Assembly (NCBI GenBank): GCA_021151585.1
Contig: JAGKWX010000003.1
Span: 501 to 64,500, forward strand
Length of the DNA: 64,000 bases
Source of the DNA: Alphaproteobacteria bacterium
Lineage (GTDB): Bacteria; Pseudomonadota; Gammaproteobacteria; JAGOUN01
Direction of reading: 5' to 3'
Shown here: in pieces, positions 48,434-58,076 of the stretch
Layout of the letters: each line of letters begins with the position of its first letter
How positions within the stretch are numbered: position 1 is the stretch's first letter
Notes under the pieces: generated by a model
The model's input: the letters and a program-made list of their open reading frames with translations, nothing else
What the model was told of the DNA's origin: nothing
Database searches by the model: none
Program-made: the position numbers and the translations under genes

Positions 48434-48883
48434 TCAATTTTTAGGTGCTAGCTTTGTAAGTTCAATGTGTTGCACTTTAGATATTCCGGCATTAATAATT
48501 GCAATGTAATGATGAGTCCAAAAATCAATTGCGCCACCGCCGTCATTGTTTTGATTGGCATAATCTATTTGGCTCTCTATTGATTGGTGCTTTATCTTGG
48601 CTTCTGGAAATAGACCGCTATTAACGATACAAAGCGTAATCTCTGGCAACAAATTACTGCTATATTTTATTGTTTTGCAAGTATCGTAAATTTTCGAGAT
48701 AAAACTTTCTTGATCTACTGCGCTATCGCATATTGAGCGCAATGTGCGTGCTTGCATAAAATTGCTATATGGCGCTGTAATATATTTCATAAAAGCAAAA
48801 GGTGATTTTTTGAACTTTTCTGATTTTCTAATGTAGTCATTGGTAATTGTTGATATTTCATTTTTAAGTTCTTGCAAGTTCAT
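48434..48883 (-). CDS. Hypothetical protein (149 aa), ORFan, divergent from the LysR regulator
   Basis: Open frame with plausible AT-rich codon usage; no homolog recognised. Confidence 0.35.
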   Translation of the reverse strand: MNLQELKNEISTITNDYIRKSEKFKKSPFAFMKYITAPYSNFMQARTLRSICDSAVDQESFISKIYDTCKTIKYSSNLLPEITLCIVNSGLFPEAKIKHQSIESQIDYANQNNDGGGAIDFWTHHYIAIINAGISKVQHIELTKLAPKN

Positions 48884-49041
48884 AGCGCACCTCTTGTTCG
48901 GATCTAGATGTGGCGGTTTGTGCTCATTATCCGGGCTTAATATGCCGCATCTAGGATGGTTGTTTTTTATATTTACATTATAGACAAGAAGATATATATT
49001 TAAATTTTATAATATAAATAAATATTATTTGAAAAACTTAT

Positions 49042-49914
49042 ATGAAAATCACATTACGACAATTACAGCTTTTTGTGGCGGTAGTTGAGACAGAAAGTTT
49101 GACTCAGGCCGCTGCGCGAGTTTCGGTTTCGCAGCCGGCAGCAAGCCTGGCTCTCGTCACATTGGAGAAGCAAATTGGGCGTCAGCTTTTTGACAGGGTT
49201 GGTAAACGGCTCGCACTTAATGAAAATGGTGCTCAGTTCTATCCCAAAGCCAGCGCGGCTATAGAAGAGGCTGAAAAAGCAGAGAGAGTGTTTAGTGATA
49301 AGAAACACGCTCCTCGAGGTGTTATTCGTGTAGGCATGAGCATGACGATTGGTGATTATATTGCGCCAACTTATTTAGCAAAATTTATGAGTCAATATCC
49401 TGATGTACACATTGTGCAAACAGTTGCTAATAGTGAGGCTATTGTACATGCGCTTGAAAAATTTCAACTAGATATTGGTTTTATCGAGGCAGAATGCGCT
49501 TCGGAGTCATTAGAGCAAACTTTGTGGGGCTCAGATGATATGGTGATTTTTTCTGCGCCTTCCCATGCATTGGCGCAGAAAACAACGCTTACCACAGCGG
49601 ATGTAGAAGCCGCCTGCTGGGTGATGCGCGAGCGTGGTTCTGGAACAAGAGCGCTACTGGAGAAGCATCTTCGGCCAGCGCATGTTTATGCGGAAGTGGG
49701 TAGTACCACAGCGTTAAAAAATATTGTGTGCTATGGTCAGGTCATTGGTTGTATTTCTCAAGCTGCTTTACAGCAGGAGCTAGAAAATAAGCAGCTTGTA
49801 AAATTGCAGGTGCATGGGCTGACACTTAAAAGAAATCTTTACCGTGTGATACATCGTGAAAAGCACCTTAGCGATGTGTTGCGTTTGTTTATAAAGATAT
49901 TAGAAACACAATAA
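49042..49914 (+). CDS. LysR-family transcriptional regulator
   Basis: N-terminal HTH ITLRQLQLFVAVVETESLTQAAARVSVSQPAASLALVTLE, then a LysR substrate-binding domain. Length 290 aa. Confidence 0.8.
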   Translation: MKITLRQLQLFVAVVETESLTQAAARVSVSQPAASLALVTLEKQIGRQLFDRVGKRLALNENGAQFYPKASAAIEEAEKAERVFSDKKHAPRGVIRVGMSMTIGDYIAPTYLAKFMSQYPDVHIVQTVANSEAIVHALEKFQLDIGFIEAECASESLEQTLWGSDDMVIFSAPSHALAQKTTLTTADVEAACWVMRERGSGTRALLEKHLRPAHVYAEVGSTTALKNIVCYGQVIGCISQAALQQELENKQLVKLQVHGLTLKRNLYRVIHREKHLSDVLRLFIKILETQ

Positions 49915-49975
49915 ATTACATGAAAATCATCAGTCAAACGGGTAAAATGGCTTTATTATTTTTGTTACAAATGGT

Positions 49976-50494
49976 TTGATTATGGCAATTTTGCCGATTT
50001 TAACGTATCCCGATCCGCGTTTGCGTAAAAAAGCACAGCCAGTTACCTTGTTTGACCAAGGGCTTGCTCGGTTAATTGATGATTTATTTGAAACGATGTA
50101 TGACGACAATGGTGTTGGTTTGGCGGCTACGCAAGTGAATATTCAGTTGCAGGTGTTGACCGCTGATCCGATGGACAACGACGAGCGTCAACCCTTTTAC
50201 TTAATTAACCCAGAAATTATCGCGCGATCAGGGGTTATAGACTCACCAGAGGGTTGTTTATCCGTCCCTGGGGCTTATGACAAAGTAAAGCGCGCGCAGC
50301 GTATTACGGTGCGTGCACTTGATAAAGACGGTCAGGTGTTTGAGCGAGAATTCGCAGATTTTCATGCAGCGATTATCCAGCATGAAATAGATCATTTGCA
50401 TGGTATATTGTTTATCGATCATCTTTCATCGATTAAGCGTGATCGTGTAAGAAAGCATTTATTGGCAGCGAATAAGGAAAAAAAGTTCTCATGA
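49976..50494 (+). CDS. def: Peptide deformylase
   Basis: ILTYPDPRLRKKAQPV, GVGLAATQV, EGCLS, QHEIDHLHG motifs. Confidence 0.92.
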   Translation: MIMAILPILTYPDPRLRKKAQPVTLFDQGLARLIDDLFETMYDDNGVGLAATQVNIQLQVLTADPMDNDERQPFYLINPEIIARSGVIDSPEGCLSVPGAYDKVKRAQRITVRALDKDGQVFEREFADFHAAIIQHEIDHLHGILFIDHLSSIKRDRVRKHLLAANKEKKFS

Positions 50495-51408
50495 AAATTA
50501 TTTTTGCAGGTACGCCAGATGTTGCGACTGTACCTTTGCAGGCCTTGTTGCGTTCCAATCATGAGGTTGTTGCAGTTTATACCCAACCAGATCGGCCTGC
50601 CGGTCGTGGGAAAAAAATGGTTGCGAGCCCAGTGAAAACATTGGCACTAGCTTATGATATTCCTGTTGAGCAGCCTGAAAATTTTAAATCTGAAGACGCG
50701 CGTGCGACATTACACTCTTATCAGGCTGATATTATGGTGGTGATGGCTTATGGGTTGTTATTGCCAACATCTATTTTAGAAGCGCCTAAATATGGTTGTA
50801 TTAATATCCATGTATCTTTATTACCGCGTTGGCGAGGCGCCGCTCCTGTGCAACACGCCATTTTGTCAGGAGATCAAGAAACGGGTGTGACTATTATGCA
50901 AATGGATAAGGGTTTAGATACTGGCGCGATTCTCAAACAACAAACGTGTGCTATCGATAAGCATGATACCAGTGAAAGCATTTATGAAAAATTAAATACG
51001 ATTGCCCCAGAACTGTTATTAACGACATTGATTGATATACAAAGCGCAACGCTAAAATCTATGGTGCAAGATAATACACTCGCCACTTATGCGCATAAGA
51101 TTGAAAAACAAGAAGCTAAAATTTCTTGGCAGGAAACAAGTAGCATGATTGATAGAAAAGTTCGTGCTTATTATCCATCGCCTATCGCTTTTTTCGAATG
51201 GCGTGGAGAATTTGTACGTATTTGGCAAGGGCATGTTGTTTCGCACTTTGGCTCTCAACCTCCTGGTGAAGTGCTTGAGGTGAACAAACAGGGCGTAACG
51301 ATAAAAACGCAAGATGGCGCTTATTGTATTACGCGCTTGCAATTTCCTGGGAAAAACCCGCTGAGTGGGCATGAGATGTTCAACGCCTGGAGGCAAAAAT
51401 CTCATTAA
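50491..51408 (+). CDS. fmt: Methionyl-tRNA formyltransferase
   Basis: MKIIFAGTPDVA...; formyltransferase core HVSLLPRWRGAAP. Overlaps the def stop (ATGA). Confidence 0.92.
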   Translation: MKIIFAGTPDVATVPLQALLRSNHEVVAVYTQPDRPAGRGKKMVASPVKTLALAYDIPVEQPENFKSEDARATLHSYQADIMVVMAYGLLLPTSILEAPKYGCINIHVSLLPRWRGAAPVQHAILSGDQETGVTIMQMDKGLDTGAILKQQTCAIDKHDTSESIYEKLNTIAPELLLTTLIDIQSATLKSMVQDNTLATYAHKIEKQEAKISWQETSSMIDRKVRAYYPSPIAFFEWRGEFVRIWQGHVVSHFGSQPPGEVLEVNKQGVTIKTQDGAYCITRLQFPGKNPLSGHEMFNAWRQKSH

Positions 51409-51527
51409 TTTAACAAATGTCGATTTGGTGAGATTTACATGTTACAAAAATAGCTTTTCTCAACTTAGTGAGATAAAATCTTCATTATATTCGTGCTCTC
51501 TTAAGCCCTTCTTTTTTTGTATAAATA

Positions 51528-52739
51528 ATGAACCAACACGCAATAATCGCTAAAATTTTCACTGATGTTTTGCTTCATGGTAAAACGTTGGATGATGCAT
51601 TGATAAAACACAAAGCGACGGATCATCCTTTTGTGAAAGCACATTGTTATGGTCTTTGTCGTTGGTATTTCAAGTTGGATCATATAGCGAAAAAACTTTT
51701 GACTAAGCCGATGAAAGAAAAAGACACAGATATTTATGTGTTGATTTTGTTAGGTTTGCATCAAATATTTCATAGTGACATAAAAGAGCACGCGTTAGTT
51801 TCTGAGACCGTTGAAGCAGCGTTGGTTTTGAAAAAACTATGGGCGAAAGCTGTAGTGAATGCTTGTTTGCGCCGTGCTTTACGTGAAAAATCTGAATTAC
51901 AATCTATTGAGCATTATGCGCATCCACAATGGATGATTGATCATGTCAAGAAATCCTGGCCCAGTGATTGGCAAAATATTTTGCAAGCAAATAATCATCA
52001 AGCGCCGATGGCGTTGCGCGTTAACAAGCATGGTGAGCAAGCTTGTGTTTACTTAGAAGCGCCGTTACCCGTGAATGATATTGCTGGTTTTATAGAAGGA
52101 ACGGTTTCCGTGCAGGACGAGGCATCGCAATACGTTGCGCCATTATTACAACTCAAGCCTGGTGATAAAGTATTAGATGCCTGCGCTGCGCCTGGCGGTA
52201 AAACAGGGCATATGCTAGAAATAGAGCCAAATATTGAATTGACAGCCACGGATATTAGCGAGTCACGTTTAGAAAAAGTAAAAGAAAACTTACAGCGATT
52301 GCGTCTCGATAAAAATGTAACCTTTAAAGTGGTTGATGCGGTCAAGTCACATTGGCCGCCTGAGAGTTTTGATAAGATTTTAATAGATGCGCCATGTTCT
52401 GGTACAGGAGTTATTCGTCGGCATCCAGATATTAAATTATTGCGTCGTCAAAGTGATATAAAAAATTTTGCAAAACAACAATTGGAAATATTGAATACGC
52501 TTTGGTTGTCTTTAAAAAAAGACGGAAAATTAGTATATACAACTTGTTCGATCATGCCAGAAGAAAACGAACATGTCATTCACGATTTTTTAAATACGCA
52601 TGCTGACGCGAAAGTTGAGAAAATTCATGTGCCTATCGGTTTAGCACAACAATATGGCTGGCAGTGTTTTCCTCGAATTCATCGCCATGATGGTTTTTAT
52701 TATTGCTTACTTACAAAGAGTGGCAGCGAGCTTGCATAA
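51528..52739 (+). CDS. rsmB: 16S rRNA (cytosine967-C5)-methyltransferase RsmB
   Basis: VQDEASQ, LDACAAPGGKTGHMLE, ILIDAPCSGTGVIRRHPDIKLLRR, YTTCSIMPEEN motifs, collinear with E. coli RsmB. Confidence 0.85.
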   Translation: MNQHAIIAKIFTDVLLHGKTLDDALIKHKATDHPFVKAHCYGLCRWYFKLDHIAKKLLTKPMKEKDTDIYVLILLGLHQIFHSDIKEHALVSETVEAALVLKKLWAKAVVNACLRRALREKSELQSIEHYAHPQWMIDHVKKSWPSDWQNILQANNHQAPMALRVNKHGEQACVYLEAPLPVNDIAGFIEGTVSVQDEASQYVAPLLQLKPGDKVLDACAAPGGKTGHMLEIEPNIELTATDISESRLEKVKENLQRLRLDKNVTFKVVDAVKSHWPPESFDKILIDAPCSGTGVIRRHPDIKLLRRQSDIKNFAKQQLEILNTLWLSLKKDGKLVYTTCSIMPEENEHVIHDFLNTHADAKVEKIHVPIGLAQQYGWQCFPRIHRHDGFYYCLLTKSGSELA

Positions 52740-53475
52740 TTCTCGCGCTTAAATCGCTAGGAGAATAGACTAATTGCTTTGCCTCAGCTTGTGAAATTTT
52801 TTCCGGTGACGCCATATACATAACATCTTCAGGAGAGAACTGACAGAGCAATGGTTTTTGTTTCTCGTCAGTGCTGATACTCACTTCACAGGCGCCAGAC
52901 TTTAATCCTAAAATATTATATTCCGTTTTTTGCGCCCCAGTAGTTGTGTGAAAAATTCCTTCTTTACAATCTTGGCTTAAGCTGGTGAGATATTTCGCCA
53001 TTTCTGTTTGCCCGCTTTTTGCTGTGCTGTTTAATGGTGTTGTGCTAGGTGTTGTTACTACTGTTGGTGTGTATAACTGCGGCAGTGTTGTCGTTTCTCG
53101 GTACGCACAGTTAATATCATTCGGTAAAATTTTACCTGTGATAGTTATGATTAATGAATGATGATCAATGATCGCTGTCGGCGAGCACGGCACAAAACTT
53201 TGATTGGGCGCCACCATTTTTACTGGAATAATTTGGTAATGATCGCCTTGAATTTGAAAGGTTTGCAGATTCTGACCGGCATGTAAATATATTGACACTG
53301 GTGTTTTGATGCCTGAATCAATATCATCAATAATTAACATCAAATTACCATCAGAGGAATCGGGTGGTAAATGTGCAGCAATTTGTATAGTTTGTGTGGC
53401 GTAAGCAACATTAACTAGAGAGAATAAAATAAGTAAATTATGTGCAATAAAGCGTTTTAATTTGAGCGGTCTCAT
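52711..53475 (-). CDS. Hypothetical secreted protein (254 aa) with a Thr/Pro-rich linker and 8 Cys
   Basis: N-terminal signal peptide (LLILFSLVNVAYA). Start overlaps the apaH stop (ATGA at 53472-53475). Its 3' end overlaps rsmB convergently. No homolog recognised. Confidence 0.45.
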   Translation of the reverse strand: MRPLKLKRFIAHNLLILFSLVNVAYATQTIQIAAHLPPDSSDGNLMLIIDDIDSGIKTPVSIYLHAGQNLQTFQIQGDHYQIIPVKMVAPNQSFVPCSPTAIIDHHSLIITITGKILPNDINCAYRETTTLPQLYTPTVVTTPSTTPLNSTAKSGQTEMAKYLTSLSQDCKEGIFHTTTGAQKTEYNILGLKSGACEVSISTDEKQKPLLCQFSPEDVMYMASPEKISQAEAKQLVYSPSDLSARIMQARCHSL

Positions 53476-54302
53476 TTAAATACTCTCTTTTGTCGACTTG
53501 GCACTTCAAAAATTTGTAAATCTTCTAATCGCATCGCGCGTAATGATCGTCCCCATACACATCCGGTATCAAGAGAAAAAACATTGTAATCACCAAATAT
53601 TTTGCCTTCTAATGTCGCCCAATGTCCAAAAATAATTTTTTGATTTTTGGTTTTTCGGTCTGGATGTGCAAACCAAGGCATTAAGCCATTGCTTTGTGTG
53701 CCTAATTCACCTTTTTCTGTTAGTGCCATAACGCCATTTATATCGCAATAACGGATACGCGTAAAAACGTTTACTAGTGTTCGTAATCTTGATAGGCTGG
53801 TTAAATCGTCGCGCCAAACGTTATCTTGATTGCTGTACATTGATTTCAGAAACTCTTGATACGAATCTGAGCGTAACATAGCCTCAATTTCATGAGCGTA
53901 AGAGCGTACTTCGTTCATATTCCATAGAGGCAAAACGCCCGCATGGACCATGATAAATTCTAGCTGCGTATCCTCAACCAATATAGGTTGGTGACGTAAC
54001 CAATGGCATAATTCTTCACCGTCTTCTGCATCAAGAATGGCTTGTAATGTATCTTTGCTGGCAATTGCATTGCCATGTACCCATGAAGCTAGTAAATGTA
54101 AATCATGATTGCCTAAAACAATTTGATTTTTATTATCAAGGGCTTTTATAAAGCGTAAGGTTTCTAAAGACTTGGGGCCGCGATTGATTAAATCACCCGC
54201 AATCCATAATCGATCTTTTGTTGGCGTAAAATCAATTTTTTCTAACAAATCTTGAAATTCGTCAAAACAACCTTGTATATCGCCTATTGCGTAGGTAGCC
54301 AT
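53472..54302 (-). CDS. apaH: Bis(5'-nucleosyl)-tetraphosphatase (symmetrical)
   Basis: YAIGDIQGC...GDLINRGP..LGNHD metallophosphatase motifs, collinear with E. coli ApaH. Confidence 0.88.
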   Translation of the reverse strand: MATYAIGDIQGCFDEFQDLLEKIDFTPTKDRLWIAGDLINRGPKSLETLRFIKALDNKNQIVLGNHDLHLLASWVHGNAIASKDTLQAILDAEDGEELCHWLRHQPILVEDTQLEFIMVHAGVLPLWNMNEVRSYAHEIEAMLRSDSYQEFLKSMYSNQDNVWRDDLTSLSRLRTLVNVFTRIRYCDINGVMALTEKGELGTQSNGLMPWFAHPDRKTKNQKIIFGHWATLEGKIFGDYNVFSLDTGCVWGRSLRAMRLEDLQIFEVPSRQKRVFK

Positions 54303-54309
54303 GTTTTTC

Positions 54310-55077
54310 CTAAATCTTTGTAACTAATAAAACAAAATCATCGACGCTTAAGTTTTCTGCGCGCTTTTGTGGATCAATACCCACTTCTTGCCATTGTTGA
54401 TCGGTAATTATATTTTTTAAATTATTACGTAATGTTTTTCGGCGTTGCGCAAAAGCTGATTTTACTAATTCTTCTAAGCGCTCTTCTTGTTGCAAGTTTA
54501 GCGGTCGAGTTTTTTTTGGAATCAAGCGCAACAAAGCTGAATCCACTTTCGGTGCAGGATCAAACACACCCGGGGGAATTAAAAATAATCGTTGCACATC
54601 GCAAAAGTATTGTAACATAACACTTAGTCTTCCATACGTTTTGCTATTCGGTGCTGCGACAATTCGGTCTACCACCTCGCGTTGTAACATAACGTGCATA
54701 TCTTGAATATAACTAGTATAGCGCATTAAATGAAATAATAAGGGTGTCGAAATGTTATAAGGTAAATTACCGACTAAGCGAAAGCTAGGGGCGATTTTTG
54801 CAAAATCAAAACTTAAAGCATCGGCATGATGTAAAGTAAAGCGTTCGTTATCAATCATCTGTGGTAATATTTCTATCAAATCATGATCAATTTCTATCGC
54901 ATCCAGGCGGCAGCCTGATTCTAATAGTGGGCGGGTAATCGCCGCGTGCCCCGGTCCGATTTCTGCGATAATATCTGTTGATTTTGGCCTAATATTGGAC
55001 ACAATTTTGCTGATCATGGCTTTATCATGCAGAAAATTTTGACCGAAACGCTTTTTTGCTAACATAGAAAAACTCAA
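54310..55077 (-). CDS. rsmA: 16S rRNA (adenine1518/1519-N6)-dimethyltransferase
   Basis: KRFGQNFLHD, EIGPGHAAIT, VGNLPYNISTP motifs of KsgA. Confidence 0.92.
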   Translation of the reverse strand: MSFSMLAKKRFGQNFLHDKAMISKIVSNIRPKSTDIIAEIGPGHAAITRPLLESGCRLDAIEIDHDLIEILPQMIDNERFTLHHADALSFDFAKIAPSFRLVGNLPYNISTPLLFHLMRYTSYIQDMHVMLQREVVDRIVAAPNSKTYGRLSVMLQYFCDVQRLFLIPPGVFDPAPKVDSALLRLIPKKTRPLNLQQEERLEELVKSAFAQRRKTLRNNLKNIITDQQWQEVGIDPQKRAENLSVDDFVLLVTKI

Positions 55078-55170
55078 GTCTGTACTACTAGACTAGTGTA
55101 GATTACAATGGTTATATATTAATTCATTGGCACAGATTTTGTAAGAATCTGATAGTAAGATATACTTAAA

Positions 55171-56205
55171 ATGATAAAAAACGACAACTTTCTTCGCGCT
55201 CTTGCGCGACAACCTGTGACGCGACAACCGATGTGGATTATGCGCCAAGCAGGTCGTTACTTGCCAGAATATCGCGAAACGCGCGCGAAAGCTGGGAGTT
55301 TTTTAACTTTATGTAAAACGCCAGAGCTGGCATGCGAAGTAACATTGCAGCCGCTCGCACGTTATGATTTAGATGCGTCTATTTTATTTTCGGATATATT
55401 AACTATTCCGGATGCTATGGGTATGGGGTTGCATTTTGTGGAAAATGAAGGCCCGCGTTTTTCTCATGCGCTACAAACCGAACAAGATATTCGCGAATTG
55501 CCGATCCCAGATCCGAAAATTGAATTACGCTACGTCACCGACGCGGTAGAATTGATCCAGCGTGAATTAGATAAACGTATTCCTTTAATTGGTTTTGCGG
55601 GTAGTCCGTGGACTTTGGCGTGTTATATGTTGGAAGGTGGTAGTAGTGGTAAACAGTTTGAGCGCATTCGTAAAATGGCGTATCACGACCCTAAAATTGT
55701 GCATGTACTATTAGAAAAATTAACGCAAGCGACAATTTTATATTTAAATGCACAAATAGAAAGTGGCGTGAATGCCGTGATGGTATTTGATACCTGGGGT
55801 GGTTTATTAAGCCCAGCGCAGTATGAAGAATTCTCTTTGAATTACATGAAACACATTGTCGCGTCATTGCATAGCGCTCCTTCGATAATTTTTACTAAAA
55901 ACGCTGGTTTCTCATTGGAGAAAATTGCGCACAGCGGTTGCAATGCAGTGGGTGTCGATTGGACTATGTCTTTGCATGATGCAAAGAAATTAACCCAGAA
56001 TCGTGTTGCTATTCAAGGAAACTTGGACCCATTGGCTTTGTTTGCGCCAGAAGATGTTTTAGAACGAGAAGTAAAAAATATATTAGAAACTATGCGCGAT
56101 TATCCAGGGTTTGTATTTAATCTTGGTCACGGAATTTTGCCTACAACATCGCCAGAGAAAGTGAAATTTTTAGTTGATACGGTGCATGCTCATAAAATCT
56201 GCTAA
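55171..56205 (+). CDS. hemE: Uroporphyrinogen decarboxylase
   Basis: PMWIMRQAGRYLPEYRE..., ILFSDILTIP and FDTWGG motifs. Confidence 0.92.
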   Translation: MIKNDNFLRALARQPVTRQPMWIMRQAGRYLPEYRETRAKAGSFLTLCKTPELACEVTLQPLARYDLDASILFSDILTIPDAMGMGLHFVENEGPRFSHALQTEQDIRELPIPDPKIELRYVTDAVELIQRELDKRIPLIGFAGSPWTLACYMLEGGSSGKQFERIRKMAYHDPKIVHVLLEKLTQATILYLNAQIESGVNAVMVFDTWGGLLSPAQYEEFSLNYMKHIVASLHSAPSIIFTKNAGFSLEKIAHSGCNAVGVDWTMSLHDAKKLTQNRVAIQGNLDPLALFAPEDVLEREVKNILETMRDYPGFVFNLGHGILPTTSPEKVKFLVDTVHAHKIC

Positions 56206-56261
56206 CTATAATGTTAAATTCAGCGCCTTGAGCTTGTATGCTATGAGTTTAGTAGAAAAAT

Positions 56262-56771
56262 CTAGGATGCTTCAAAAATAATCGATGGTTTTTTGTTTTG
56301 ATAAACCTGAAAACTTAAAGGGTAGGCGTTTTTTTCACCAACTTGATGAAATTTTTCAGAAATTTTTTGCCATTGATGAGCGTCCACTGGTGGAAAATAG
56401 GTGTCGGCGCTATCGAAGGCGTGATGAATTTTAGTGAGAAAAATTTTATCAGCATAGCCTAGATATTGCTGGTATATTTCTCCGCCGCCAATTACCCACA
56501 AAATATCACTGTGTTTTTGGCGTAAGGCTTCTTCCATGGAAGTTACAGTGATGCACCCAAGAAATCGGGCGGAGCTTTGGCGTGTCAAAACAAAATTTTC
56601 TCGCTGAGGCAATGCTTTGCCTATGGATTCAAACGTTTTTCGTCCCATCAAGATAGATTGACCTTGTGTCATTTTCTTGAAGTAGTGTAAATCTAACGGC
56701 ACATGACATAATAATTTTCCTTGTTTCCCCAGTGCGCCACGTTCATCCACGGCCGCGATGACATGTATCAT
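56262..56771 (-). CDS. folA: Dihydrofolate reductase
   Basis: MIHVIAAVDERGALGKQGKL...ILMGRKTFESIG...VIGGGEIY. Start ATG overlaps the miaA stop (ATGA). Confidence 0.85.
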   Translation of the reverse strand: MIHVIAAVDERGALGKQGKLLCHVPLDLHYFKKMTQGQSILMGRKTFESIGKALPQRENFVLTRQSSARFLGCITVTSMEEALRQKHSDILWVIGGGEIYQQYLGYADKIFLTKIHHAFDSADTYFPPVDAHQWQKISEKFHQVGEKNAYPLSFQVYQNKKPSIIFEAS

Positions 56772-57688
56772 AGGTATTGCCTCGTTATTTTTTTTACACA
56801 ATGCACATCACTGGGGTCAATCCATTGCAATGCTGGCCAAGTACGCAACCATGTCATTTGGCGTTTCGCAAATTGTCGAGTAGCATTGATGGATATTTCG
56901 GTCATGTGTTCATACGTGATAGTCCCTTGTAAATATTGCCAGGCTTGTTGATAGCCAACAGATTTTATTGAGGGTAAATCGGCATGCATATCTTGTCTTT
57001 CGTATAAAGCGCGAACTTCATCAATGAAGCCTAGTTGTAACATCTGATGAAATCTATCCGCAATTCGCTGACGAAGTATCGGGCGATCTATGTGTAATCC
57101 AAGATTTATAAATTCATATGGCAATTTTTGTTTTTCTTGCTCGCTCCAGTACTCTGATAATGTTTTTCCAGACAGATAGAACACCTCTAATGCCCGTAAT
57201 AATCGCTGTGGATCATTAGGATGAATGCGTTGTGCCGCTCTCTGGTCAATTGCTTGTAAATCACGATGCAAAGCATCAATGCCAAGGCTATCTGCTCTTT
57301 TTTGCAATTCTGCTCGTATCTCTGTATTTGCTGGCGGCAATTCAGCAATACCGTTTTGCAATACCTGGTGATACAACATGCTGCCGCCAACTAACACAGG
57401 CACCCGGTTTTTTGCTATACTTTTTTCAATGCATTCAATGGCGTCAAGCCGGAATTGTGCGGCCGAGTATGGTGTTGCTGGGTCGCAAATATCAATTAAC
57501 GCATGTGGATAATTTTTTAAAACGCTGGCTTCCGGTTTGGCGGTTCCGATATTCATGTCGCGGTATACCATGGCAGAATCAACGCTAATCAAGTCGCAAG
57601 CACATGTATCAGCTAAGTTGATGGCAAAATCGGTTTTTCCCGAGGCTGTTGGGCCAAGGATACAGAGAAGTTTATTTTTTTGCTGCAT
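56768..57688 (-). CDS. miaA: tRNA dimethylallyltransferase
   Basis: P-loop GPTASGKT, then DSAMVYRDMNIGTAKP. Confidence 0.92.
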   Translation of the reverse strand: MQQKNKLLCILGPTASGKTDFAINLADTCACDLISVDSAMVYRDMNIGTAKPEASVLKNYPHALIDICDPATPYSAAQFRLDAIECIEKSIAKNRVPVLVGGSMLYHQVLQNGIAELPPANTEIRAELQKRADSLGIDALHRDLQAIDQRAAQRIHPNDPQRLLRALEVFYLSGKTLSEYWSEQEKQKLPYEFINLGLHIDRPILRQRIADRFHQMLQLGFIDEVRALYERQDMHADLPSIKSVGYQQAWQYLQGTITYEHMTEISINATRQFAKRQMTWLRTWPALQWIDPSDVHCVKKITRQYL

Positions 57689-58064
57689 ATTTTTCTAAAA
57701 GATTTCGTGCTACATCTTCTGTTAAAGGCTTGGCTATAAAATCTGACATGCCCGCTTTAACACAGTCCTCTTGCAAGCTCGCATAAGGATGCGCCGTTAA
57801 TGCTACGATGGGAGGGGTTTTCTTATTTTGTTGTTCATAATTTTTTGATATGTATTCTGTGACGGTGAGCGCATCGACATCAGGTAATCCTAAGTCCATA
57901 AAAATAAGATCATAATCTGGTGCAGCATTAGTTTTGATTATCGCTTCTTTTCCCGTGTTCGCCATGTCAACATGGCAACCCAAGCTTTCTAAAACCGTCG
58001 CTTCTGCGATTTGTGCAATTACTGCATCTTCAACAACTAGAATGCGCATTAAACTAATAGGCAT
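57672..58064 (-). CDS. Single-domain CheY-like response regulator receiver protein (130 aa)
   Basis: ILVVEDAV (acidic pocket), phospho-acceptor IFMDLGLPD, conserved ALTAH and KP. No output domain. It lies between mutL and miaA. Confidence 0.7.
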   Translation of the reverse strand: MPISLMRILVVEDAVIAQIAEATVLESLGCHVDMANTGKEAIIKTNAAPDYDLIFMDLGLPDVDALTVTEYISKNYEQQNKKTPPIVALTAHPYASLQEDCVKAGMSDFIAKPLTEDVARNLLEKYAAKK

Positions 58065-58076
58065 GGTGGCATCTCC

